From positions 69,814,001 through 69,878,000 of the forward strand of contig NC_045697.1 of assembly GCF_009834535.1 (NCBI RefSeq): a stretch of 64,000 bases of DNA, read 5' to 3'. Source of the stretch: Camelus ferus. Taxonomy: Eukaryota. A program made the position numbers and the translations under genes. Shown piece by piece: positions 10,863 through 36,500 of the stretch. How positions within the stretch are numbered: the first letter of the stretch is position 1; each line of letters starts with the position of its first letter. The notes below the pieces were generated by a model. It saw only the letters and a list, made by a program, of their open reading frames with translations. It was not told the DNA's origin and did no database searches.

Positions 10863-13800
10863 AGGGTTAGTATTGTGCCGGGAACATTAATAATAACTGC
10901 TCCTTCTTCTTACCACTTCTCCATCCTCTCATTCACAGCTTGTCTGCGTGATGGACAGAGCAGCTGTATCAGTCATTTAATTTCCGTAGGTTGAGATACA
11001 GCTTTTTTCCAGCTCAAGGAAATCCAGTGTGGTTCACCTCAGTTTTTCTGTGCCTGTTTTGTGCTAAGCACTCCAAAACCACCAAAAGGAAGCTGATCAA
11101 AGTAAATTCTCTTTATGAAGTAATTCTACAAATAATTCAATTTTGATGAAGAGAATATAACTCTGAACTGAGAGTAAAAAGGCCTGACCTCTGGTACAGA
11201 CTCACTTTGAATAAGTTTTCCTATTGGACTGGGTTCTTAACTTTCCAGACTTCAATTTCCTTGTGTATGAAATGAGGAGACCGCACTGTAGTATATCCTT
11301 TAACTTCCAGCTCTAAAAATTCTATGCTTCTATGTGATTTTTAAAATATTTATAAGTTTTTCAATTCTTAGCCACACAATCCTGAATATGTTCATATTCA
11401 TTCTTTGCTATATTCTTACACACACAAACACACACTGACCACCCAATCAAGAATAGTTTCATCAGACATTCTCTGCCACATTACCCTCTTTTATTTTCTT
11501 TATAACTACCTTCACAATCTGTTCATTTATTTATTCACTTGTTCATTATGTCACCTCCCCATATACCTGGAAAATAAGACTGGGGACCTTATGTTCCTTA
11601 TTCATCACAATGTCTAAGTACAAGAACAATGCAGTGCATGTATTTATTAAGTATATGGCAAATAACAAAGAGAATTGAAGATAGCTTTGGCAAATATATT
11701 AATTACAGGTATTGGTCTTGTGTTTTAAACCACCAGTTTTTTCTATGAAAATTTATATTGTGTTTTAATAATTTGAAGACATGGTAAGAATTACAGTTAT
11801 TACGTGCTAGGTATTATGCTAAAATTCTTATTTGCTCTCATTTAACTTATCTGGAATGCTTTGCTTTTAAAATAATTTTCAATAGCTAAAATTTGATAGT
11901 TTGATCTGTTCAGACTATGTTTGACCTTCTGCCAGTGTATTAGATATAATATTATTTGACTTCTCTAACATGAGTACTCAAAATTATGTTGGTTCAAGCA
12001 AGATGGAAGCTTATCTCTTTTTCATGTCTATCCAGTAGGCTGTGTGAAGCTGTATGGCAGCCCCATAACCACCAGGGCCCCAGGCTTCTTGTACCATGCT
12101 GCTCTGTCATCATGCAGCTTCTGTCTTGTGGCCAAGATGATCGATCCTCCCCTAGTTGGGTGGAAGGCAGTACAATGGAAAAGGGCTCTGCCCTTTAGGA
12201 GCATCATCTGGGACTTTATCCGTCTTTTCTGCTAAAATCCCATTCACCAGGATTTGGTCACATTGCCATACTCATCTGTTAGTGAGACTGATAAATGTGA
12301 TCATTATTCTAAAAATCCAAATTTCAGTGTTTTTATTATTAAAGGTTTTTATTATTAAAATTTTAAACATTAAATTTCAATATTTTTATTATTAAAAGGA
12401 GCATATACACAGGGGATAATTAGTGGTCTTTGCCCTAATGAATAAATAGGATTAATGTTTTCTCAACTCTGGGAAGACACTAGGATATGAATAGTCATGT
12501 GTTTTTGTAGGGTGACTGTATGATTAGTTTGGGTACATTTTAGAGCTAAGAAACAGTAGATATGTATTTTCCACATTCAACTCAAAATTCAGGAAGAAGT
12601 TTTATCAAAATATCTACGTGTATATTCTTAATTACATTATTGGAATACTAGATAGCTCTTGGACCTGATTTCAGACTCCACTTTTGAACAAGTGGCCTAG
12701 TCACTTTCATGAATTCATGAATTCATTATTGCAAATAACTTTTGATCACCCACTGTGAACCAGATTCTGAGATAGTTACTCATATTTAAAAGGTAAACAA
12801 GATAGGCAAGTTTCCTATTCATTACAGGCACTACCCCAGGTTTTAACTGGGGACTTAAGCCAATGTTTATATAACATATTGAAAGCTGACTTTAGTTATC
12901 TGTGTCATTTAAAGCTATATTCTGTGGGATACATGCTTTCCACTGGTTAATGAAATCAATGAATGGTTGGGTTGTTGAGGTCCCTTCTATTTAAAACAGT
13001 TCACAGTTTTTAAAAAAACATACATTTAACTATCCAATTTTCTCTTGCTCTTTCTACAACTATGTCTAAAACTTCTAAAAGTTAGTATAGAATTTAGCAC
13101 AATCTCATACCCTAAAAATATTATTTAGTTATAATTCAAGGCCATATATATATATATATTTTTTTTTTCACAAACTGCATGTATACTTCTTTCATTTTCC
13201 CATCACTTATATACATGCATCAGCTATACATGTTCATACTAAAAAATCCAATAGTACATAAGTAGAATGCAAGGCAAAATCTCCTTTTCTACTCACTTCT
13301 CTCATTTTCCTTCACACCTAAATTAGAGGACGGAAAAAATAAATTTTATGTATTAGACAGCCAGTTTATGGCCCAGCCAAAAATATCAGCAATAACAGCA
13401 CTTCACAGGTTTGTTGCAGACATGGATTATTGACAAGGAGAGAGGAGGCAACTCTGATTGACATCATATGTGCTGTTTTTTTTCCACCTTCATTCAATCT
13501 CTGTGGTTTCCAGTGACCAATTATGAGAGATAGGAAGTAAGCTGGCTGAGTCTAGCTTATGATCTTCTGCCCTATGAACTTGGGAAGTGCACTTGGGCAG
13601 TCAGGGGTCCCATATTCATATCTGTCTGTATCCATATCGATATCCATATCCATATGTACTTAGCCAGGCCAGATTTTAAAAGCAGAGCTGCTGAAACATC
13701 CAGCCTCAGCTCTTCTCATTTTTAAAACTCAAAGCATGAGAAATAATCCCTGACTGCCTATTTCTTCCATTCACTGATGTTCCATTTCCTTCGCAACCTG

Positions 13801-16800
13801 AAATGAATTCGATCTACCTTTTCACTCTCTACTGAGTTTTTGGAGCTCTTGTACCACCAGATCATATCCTTTGTACTTCCCGCATAGCAATTTATTTATA
13901 CCGCAGATACAGGATTTATAATAATAAGTAGTAGCCTTATATATTTATGAACTCCTTGCTAAATGGTAATAGAAAAAAAAAAAAAAGGATTTGAGAGCAC
14001 TCACTCCATGATTATATTGCCTAGATTTTGGTCTTCGTCGTGTGACCTGACTACTTGATGTTGAGCAGATTAATTTCTCTTAGTTATTTCATCTGTGAAA
14101 TGGAGATAATATTTCCTAACACATAGAGCCTAGATGAGAATTATGTGATGTATGTGAAGTACTTAGCACAGTGACTGGCATTTAGTAAGTACTCAGTTGT
14201 ACTCTGATGGCTTACTTATGAAAGGAATTATTATTCCTTGAACCTCCAGCATCAATCATATATAATAGATAGTAATTGAAATCACCAGGAAATCAATTTT
14301 TAGTCTTCACCTTTAGACATAACAATGGATACAAACCCTTATCTAGTCCTGTTCCATGATCTCTTCTTCCTGCATCTTCATTATTCTGGAGGTTTCTGGA
14401 TTGGAGATTCGTAGACTGTTACTCTCCTTTGTTCCCACATTTCTGCCTTCCTTCTCTCTGAAAATAATTATTGTTTTAGCCTACAGCATTGAGCAAAACT
14501 TCTTAATTTAGCATTAGTTTTTCTGATTCTTTCAACAAAATTCATTGAGTACTTACTTTGTGCTATTAGTTACAGGAGATAAAGAGATGAAAGGCATAGG
14601 ACTTGCCCTAAAGGATAAATCAGGAGATAATATTTATAAAGTGTGGCCTCATAGGAGAAATAATGGCCCTATAACACTCTGACTTCTTGAAATCCAAGAA
14701 ACATGTTTAATGGTATTACATAAGAAATGTCATGAAATTCATAATTCTGTATCTTAGGGAAATTATTTGATTCAAATCTGGGTTTTTTTTTTCCCCCAAA
14801 GCAGCCAAGATACAAAACCTACCCAACTGTCTTAGGGGAGATAGAATATGAGGCAACTGGCCATAAAGAAAATAGAAGTGTGTGAACAGATGATGTTTTC
14901 ACTAATAAATAACTGGAGACATTTTGAAGAGAGTATTAGAAATAGAGGGAAACACCCTAAGAGCTATGAGGTAGAAAACATATAATGAAAGATACAGAAA
15001 TACAGCTAACCAAGACTGCTTTTTATAAAATTGTTCAAAGGTCAATCATAGAGGAAAAGATTGATAAGAGGAGGTAACAATTTTGACACAAATGTCTTCT
15101 TTTTAAAACAAAGAAGAGATAGGCAGAAACTGCTGAAAAAGATGACAATTCTGGGCTAGGTTACATCAGTGGGTTAGGATACCCTCAAGTCCCTTATTAG
15201 GGAGAAACTGGAAGTTTAAAAAAAAATCCCACATTACAGCATCTGTATTCCATTATACAAAATATACATTAGTAAATTACATTGTTTTCTCCTATAATGC
15301 AATTTTAGCCATTATGAATCAATGCATTTCCCCATTTTTATAAAGTCCTGAATTAAAGTATCCTTCTAGGTATTGTTATGGTACCTGTAGTGAATGGATC
15401 CTACCAGGTGAGAAATCTGAGGGGGGAAATGATGCAAACCCCCTTAATAATGGGTTGGAGCTGATGGGAGGAAACTGGCAGGCATTACAGCATCATCTTG
15501 GTCCATATGCTCCATAGCTGAACTCTCAATGTTTCTGGAGAATTCATCAGCAGCTGAAATTGTTTTCTTTGACAGTCCAAGTAAGCTTACTCAGAAACAG
15601 AATTCTCAGACTTTGCTAGCTGCTTGTTCATCAGTTTACCCCAACCTCTGACAACATGCAAATGCTATTTGTGGTTCCCAGATTTGGCTTTCTGAAGATT
15701 TTTTTCTCCCTTCTGTCACTTATCATTTATGTTTCATTTTTGCCTTTGTTCCTTTATTCCCTCTGACCAACTGATTCCTTCGCAAACAGTTAAATACTGT
15801 GCAAAATAACTAAATGTCTTTGAGTCATCCTTTGACAATTTGTATCTGGAAGATCCTCAGAAATACTGCCCATTTGGATCTACATTTCAGAAGTGTAACT
15901 GTATGGGAGAAAGGTTTCTGTAATGTTCCTAATCAAGATGTTTTAAAAGTACCTCACTGTCTTCTCACAAATCATCACTAGCTAGAGAGAATCCTACTAG
16001 CCAGAGACAGCCACTTTAACATTTAACACAAAGACTCCCAGATTTGTTTGTTGGTTTGTTTTTATTTATACACCAAAACAAGATAACATATGCATTGTTT
16101 TGTGAACGGCGTTTTGTGTCCACATTTGTCTTTAAATCTAACAATATGCTGTGGATATCTTTCTGTATGGACAAAAGGAGGACTATTTTATCACTTTAAA
16201 AATCTGTGGTATAACATTATACAGATAATAAATATGTAATCAATTCACAACTGTTAGAAATTTAGGCTTTTCTATTTTTTACTGTTGTAAACCATGGTTT
16301 CCATCTTTGGTGTCATGCTTAGAATGGCCTTTTTACCCTAATGTAAAAAAATTTACCCTTAACCTTAATTTAGTATTTTTACCATTTAATTTTTACATTT
16401 ACAATTTAAATTTGTCTGAAATTTAGAGTGCATTGAGTCTAAGGATTGTATCTTAATCCCCCTCTAGTTTAGTCAGTTGTCCCAAGCAAAGGATATGAGT
16501 ATTTATTGATATTCCATCCTTCTTGGACCAAAATTCACATGTAAGCTGGGTAATTTAGGGACAATAGGGTCAACTTGATGTCTCTGTAATAATGTCTGGG
16601 GGCATGAGGCTTTCAGTCAAGACCAAGAAAAAAGCCTTCCATCCAAGTGTGTCCTGCTCCTGGGCCTACTGTATGTTTTGTGTTTCTTGCTTCCCAAGCT
16701 TCTCTACAAGTGCAGCGGTCTTTCAGCTTGAGGGACTGTCCTTGATGGCTGGGCATTTCCATCCTGAAATTTCTGATCAAGATGCAACCCTGCTACCAGC

Positions 16801-18005
16801 TCTTTTCTTTTTCTATTTGTGTTTTATTAAGAATATGTTCTGTTACTGCTTTTTTCCCTCATGATTTTAAGTCACTTTTATATTTTATTTAAAATAAGTA
16901 TCATTTTATTCCTTTGAAACTCAGTTCCTCCTAGCCTTACTTACCTTTTTATTCTTTAAAATATTTAAATGCTATAAATTTTATTCTTAACTTCTTAGTT
17001 TAAAATATTCTTTGCTTTATTTTTCCCCTTTCCTTAGATTCTAATTATTTTATTCTTTAAAAATTTTAGACATATTTCCATTTATTTTTACTTTTATACA
17101 TGTGATCTTGCCTTAGAAATCATCCTATAGCATTACTCTTATTTTCCCCATTTTACAATGTAGCAATTGACACTCAGAGAGGGAAGGGCTTGTTAAGGTG
17201 ACAGAGCTAGACTGGCAGGATTATATTTAAAATATTTACCTTAAAATTTTCATGTGTTCTCTTTAATTCTTGGACCTTCTCTCATTAAGTCAACTAGACT
17301 TTCTGAGCTCAAATCTCAGGAAGGGATATTGCAATTGAAACAGAATTGTTTCAAAAATTGTGTTTCAAAAGTGAAAGATTAAGGAGAATGGAAATATCTC
17401 AAGGACAGATGAAACAGATGAAACAGATGAAGAGGAAGCTAACTTTTTCCCTCTTCTCCCAATCTCCCAACTCCAATGAGGTAATGATTATACTGGTTTG
17501 GTGAAGAGAAAAGACTTGGAAAGGAAGTTATGAAGTTGTAGATATGGATGAGTTCCTTTGAGAGGGTCCTACATATGCTTCCTAAGGGCAGAGATGGCAA
17601 GATTTCCTAAACGTGTTTGTGTGTTTGAAAGAAGTTAGGAACTATGCCTCAACATTTCATGGGTACAGGCATAGGATGGTACAAAGACCTTAGGATAGAA
17701 AATGGCTTACTATGTCCCAAGATAGCTTTCCAAAGATTTATGATACCCCAGCATGTTGTAGAAGCAGCAAAACCATCATATAAGCCCTAGAGTGGCAAGA
17801 GAGATACAGAGAAATCAATATATTTTGAAGATAACTTGAGGATGGGAACAAGGAATAACTCAGGGATAATTCAGGGGCAGCTTTCATGGACCAATGACAG
17901 AGATCTGTTGGGTTGAGGGACATATCAACAATGCCATCAATTAAGTCCCACCCCCCCCCCTTTTTCAAGTCACAGAATGTAATGTAACATCTGTACTCTG
18001 AGAAG

Positions 18006-18016
18006 TTTATTTTATT
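18006..18016 (-). terminator. Polyadenylation signal(s) of the class VI ADH gene
   Basis: Overlapping AATAAAATAAA about 160 nt downstream of the stop codon. Confidence 0.6.
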
Positions 18017-18173
18017 ATAATTACATTCAGGTTGCACTTATTTCATTTTGAATAATCACACTGCATTCCCATCTCCAATGCTTCTCTTTCCATTGCACTA
18101 ACACTCAGGGAGATGAAACAGGAAAAGAAGAAAGTTCCCAAGGATATCCTTGCACCTTTCATCATCTGGGATC

Positions 18174-31378
<13,205 letters not shown>

Positions 31379-31464
31379 GATGAGTTTTCTGGTTTCCTTG
31401 GTGTCTTGTAGGGACATCCGAGAGAACACTTCTTTGTCTGTGTTCCTGGGCAAACTAGGCTGGG

Positions 31465-31472
31465 TATTTATA
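31465..31472 (-). promoter_or_regulatory. TATA box of the class VI ADH gene
   Basis: TATAAATA on the minus strand, about 87 nt upstream of the ATG. Confidence 0.7.
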
Positions 31473-31849
31473 ATTTGTACATCCTGAAGGTTATTAAGAA
31501 TAATTACACAATTACATGTCAGCATGGGGGAACCGGAAAGGTGAGCAGTTGGCAAATATGTGAAAGTGAAGGACAAAAAGGAATGTGAAAAAATGATTAG
31601 GGAGGATGTTTAGTAAGAGGAGAATAATTTGACGAGTAGCAATGGGTAAAAAGGCAATGAAGTGATTATAAAAAAGTGAATAAAGTGTTAGAAACTGGGA
31701 GAAATATCAACTCCTAATTAGTTGACAGTGAGAATTTCTGGAGTATCAATTGCATGAAAGGTATTGCTAGAGGCAGGTGGTAAGAGTATAACACTGGGTC
31801 TCCAGGAGTCAAAGAGATGAACAAGCACAAATAATGATACAATCTACTC

Positions 31850-32080
31850 CAGATACATGCTACTGTATATAAAACAGGTGAACAACAAGGACCTTCTGTC
31901 TAGCACAGGGAGATATATTCAATATCTGATAATAACCTACAGTGGAAAAGAATCTAAAGAATATATATGTATGTTTAATCTATATACTTTTATATATATG
32001 TAAAACCAAAGCACTTCAGGTGTATACCTGAAACCAGCACAGTATTGTAAATCAACTATATTTCAATTTTTTAAAAAAGC
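31850..32080 (+). mobile_element. Short L1 3' end
   Basis: gtatataaaacaggtgaacaacaaggacc...gtaaatcaactatatttcaa. Confidence 0.75.
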
Positions 32081-33398
32081 TGAGAAATAAGTGATAAAGG
32101 TGACAAATGGTAAAGACAATGTGAGGTCATTATAAACGATGAGAGTTTGATTTAGGTGAGACTTTAACTGCATCTTGAAGAAAGATAGGATGTAAAATAA
32201 GAGGATAGGTAGCATATTCAGATCAGAGGATTAAGCTCAATCAAGGTATAGGGCCTCTGCATAATGTGGGCTTGGGGCAGCGCTGCTGCTCCTGAGCATA
32301 AGGATGGTGGTCATCGTCACGTTAACCTTTTATTATTTGCGTAGCGCAGTGTTTCTCCACATCAGAATGCATAAGAATCTCTTAGGGAACGTTGTTAAAA
32401 GTTCATAATTCTAGGCCCTACTCTTTGATGTTTGGCTTCTGCTGGAGAAAGATACTGAGGGAAATAGATCAGAAAACACCAAGAGCACCATTTAGTAACT
32501 TGCAGAGTAAGAATGTGAGTTCTTTGGCCGCTTTGGTTGCCCCTCATTCACATCGTTTAGACATTATTTTTCCAGTATCCTTCGGGGCATCCCGTGAGGA
32601 AGCCAATGGAGCAGTTTCTCTGCTGAAATCCTTCACAGTGCATGATGTTGTGAGGTAAGAATAATTAGGTACGAGTGGGTGTGAGAGAGTAATTTGGAAC
32701 AAGGTTTGGCAACCACAAGTCTCGGTTTGGAGCTTTTCTGGCAGCACAACTCTCTTAACCCCTAATCAGTTGCTTAGCAGTTTCATTTGAAGGGGTTTAT
32801 AACTGCTAGTAATTCAGGAATCTTCTCAGGGTCCTGGCCCTAACACTGCTTTCATCTTATCATAAAACCCAGGGACCTGCATTCTCCCCAGGATTTTTTT
32901 TGAAGCTCCTGCCTCAGATCTTGGGGATGAGAAACTGGGCTACAGTGGAGAGGCGTATTATCTACTCAGAGACCTGGTTAAAGAATGCTCTTAGGAGGCA
33001 TTCCAGGTGTCTCTGCTTTATACAGGGTGGTATCACTTTATGGGCAAGAAGGTGTAAGAATAGAAATGCTTGAATGCGGTTGAAGGAACTTGTGAGGCTT
33101 GTTCATTTCTCTCTCTTTTAAAGTAAGCTTGCTCTGCGATACCCTGATTTCCAAGCTTTCTGCACCTATGCACCTACTCTTAGAATGTATATATTGTTCC
33201 TATTCAGCAAAGCTTGAACTGACTATAACTTGAAATGCAGTCTGGTGTGAACTATCTTGTTCAAAGATCCAGTTTAGGCTTGTCTCTCCTATAGCATCTT
33301 GTTAAAGGCTAAAACAATAGTAACTTTTTTTTTTTTAACCACATTGCCTAAATTTAGATCTTTGTGGGCATATAGTCTAAGCCTTAAGAAATGACAGG

Positions 33399-35293
33399 TG
33401 ATAATTGATCGTACAATTAATTACTTTACTACAGAATCTATCTTCCAAGTTAAGGATGGTGGAATTCTTATTGCTTCCCAACCCGCTCCACTCCATGAGT
33501 TTCACAGTTCAGGGGTATCAGTGAACCATTTCACTTCTGGGACCCAACTTTTGTATGAGGACTCTTTTGTTTTGAAATTACTGAAACTCAACATGAGAAG
33601 CTTAAGGGAAAGGGGGGAAAATGTTGGCTTAACAGAAACTGTGAAAGCAATAAACCAAACAAGATCATGGGCAGGAATGCAATTGGGAGCAGAAACTCAA
33701 ATCAATTCAACTGCAATAGGATTTCCCTTTTCTCTTACATGAGGCAGTACAGCATGGTGGTTAAAAGCATGGATACCAGCACTAACAAACCTGCATTCAA
33801 ATCTTAGTTCCATGTCTTACATGCTAGGCAAGAAATCCAACTCTCTGTGCTTTAGTTTCCCTGTAAATAAGGTGAGGATGATTATAGTAGTTTCTACCTC
33901 ATAGATTTGTTTTAATCATTCAGAGATTCAACATATGACAAATGTTTAGAACTTTGCAGAGCACAAAGCACAGTCTATCTGTGTGATCCATTATTATCAT
34001 GGTGTCTCTCAGTACATTGGTTTCATTTTCTCACCACTGCATTGCTTTTGCCATACAGTAGGGAATATGCTCACCCCTGCCTGCCCCCCAAAAACCCACA
34101 CTTGATTATTATGTCTAACAACTGCAACAAGAGTGTTCAGATCTGTCTCTCATCTTAAGTCCAAAAATCTAAGGAAGACTCTTCTTGCTCAGCTTGGGTC
34201 AAGTGCTCATTCCTGGACCAATGAAGTTGGGCCAAAGTTGTGGGTTGGGGAAGATTTGGCAGCTATTATCACAGCCATGCTGATGCCTCTGCAGATGAGG
34301 GTGAATGGGGAAAATTACAGGGCAGATTGGTTCCACTGTAAATTCTTGATCACCAAGACAAATAAAGTCTCAACATTGCTTGGCAATCCAACATTTTCCT
34401 AGCCAACCTGTCCAGTTCCCTGAAATAACTGTCAGTCTTTCAATGCTTGTGTCAAACATCTGACCATCACCTTCCCCCCTCCCCACCTCCATTCCTCCAT
34501 CCCCCTTTCCCCTGGGAGAAAAGCTTACAGTACACACAAAATTCACCCAGTTGCTCCAGGCAAAAACCCTTCCCTCTTCATTCCCAATCCATTAAAAGCT
34601 CTGCCAGCTCTGCCTCCAATGTATTTTCCAGATTTGTTAGTGTTTAATGTCTAAATCCCTCCTGTTGAATACAATTTCTAGGAGAAAAGAGACTTTGAAT
34701 CTCTTGTTATTTTCCTCTACTCTAAGGGTCTGCAATGGTATCTTATATATAGTTGGAAGTCAATAAGTATTGATTAAATTAAAATGGAAGTTATCAGAGG
34801 GGAGCTCCCTTAGATGCCTATTGCTAGTCACATTATCTGCATCTGCACTCATCCTATCCTCTTTCCCCATCACCTGTCTCTGCTTAAGAAACTTGTTATT
34901 GATTTCTTCTCTCAGTGTGACTTGTCAGCTTTTTTAAAACATACTCTCCCATTGGAAAGAAAAGCAGAAACAAACCTTCCATTGTCCTGAATCTCCTTCC
35001 AGCCACTACTGGGAATCAAGATGGAGATGTATGTGGCTCTCTGAATTAAGGGTTAAGAATTCTAAGCCAAGCACTACTAATTTGGCTTCTGTTGATTGGC
35101 CTTGGGAAATCATAATTGTAGTGAAGTAATTAGTACTTTGCAATTTGACTAAATGGTGCATTGACTTTTAAATTTTAATTACTTGGATTTGACCTACTGA
35201 AGATGATAATTGATCATATAATTAATTACTTTACTACAGAATCTATCTTCCAAGTTAAGGATGGTGGAATTCTTATTGCTTCCCAACCCGCTC
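33399..35293 (+). repeat. 90-bp near-identical direct repeat (33399-33488 and 35204-35293)
   Basis: Direct comparison gives 88/90 identity. Confidence 0.95.
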
Positions 35294-36500
35294 AATTTGA
35301 CTGAATGCAATTGGGTGTGCCCAGGTGTATTATTCATGTATCTAATCAGCTATCTCCACAGAAGCCAGGAATAGAAATGAGGCTATCCAAGAAGGATCTG
35401 TGGAAAATCCTCTTGTGTCTGGTGTGGATCCCCTTGACAAACACAGAAGACACTCATGGTTTTCGAGAACATCATATCAGAAGAAACACCACTAGCTTGG
35501 ACTGAAAAGGCCAGGAACAGAATGAAATGAAGGAAGGCTGTCAAACTTCTGGGATTCTGCAGATGGGGAAAAGGCTGATAGAACTTCCAGCTGCAAACAT
35601 GTGCTACCTTTTAAGACAAGGGAAAAATGACTCCGAGGGTAGAGCTGTGGTTGCAGAAGCCAGAGAGACAGGCCCAGAGGGTGGAACCTCCCTTGACACA
35701 GAGGGTGGAGAAAATTATTCTCAGGCTTTGAAACCTAATGGAACTTGCCTTGCTGAGTTGAGAATTTTCTTTCAACCAGAGATTCCTTTATTTCCTCCAT
35801 TTTCTCCTTTTTGGAATGGAAATGTCTCTGCTTCACCAGTTCCACCATGGTACTTTGGAAGCAGGTCACTCATTTTCTAGTTTCACAGGTCCACAGATGG
35901 AGAGGAACTTTGCCCCAGGATGAATCAGATCTAGAGTCTGACTCATACCCAATATAGATGATAAAATGTGGAACTTTTTGAGTTGAAGGTATTTAGGTGA
36001 GATTTAGGATTTAGAATTAATGAAGGAATAGGTTAAGACTTTTGGGGATATTGGGACAGGGTAACTGCATTTGCACATGGCACAGGGGATTAATGTGGAT
36101 TTGGGGAGGCCAGAGGAAGAGCCATACTGGATTGAACAGTGTCCTGCCTAAATTCATGTCCACCTGGCATCTCAGAATGTGGTCTTATTTGGAAATAGGA
36201 AATTTGCAGATGTAATTAGTTATGTTAAGGTAAAATGAGGTTGATGGGGATGTAATATACAGCATAAAGAATATAGTCAATAATACTGCAATTTTGTATG
36301 GTGACAGGCAATTATTAGACTTACTGTGTTTAAATGTTCAATCATTACGTTGCACGCCTGAAACTAACATACATCAACTGTACTTCAGTTAAAAAAGAGA
36401 TAATATGAGATCACACTGGATTAGTGTGGGCCCTAAATCTACTATAACTGGTGTTCTTCTGAGAAGCGGAGACACACATACAGGAAAGAAGACTACGCGA
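35294..36500 (+). mobile_element. MaLR/ERVL internal and LTR fragments, with a nested L1 3' end at about 36245-36398
   Basis: MLT-like motifs (aaattcatgtccac...cagaatgtggtcttatttggaaatagg...gcagatgtaattagtta; ggattagtgtgggccctaaatc). Confidence 0.7.

Noticed and set aside
15375..15560. Weak resemblance to ADH exon 7 (agctatgga after a tttcag acceptor, minus strand)
   Set aside because: It is out of order relative to the remnant exons 4-6 and has too little similarity.
16865..17100. T-rich low-complexity tract with recurring ttattctttaaaa
   Set aside because: Simple low-complexity sequence with no regular period or spacer structure; not CRISPR-like.
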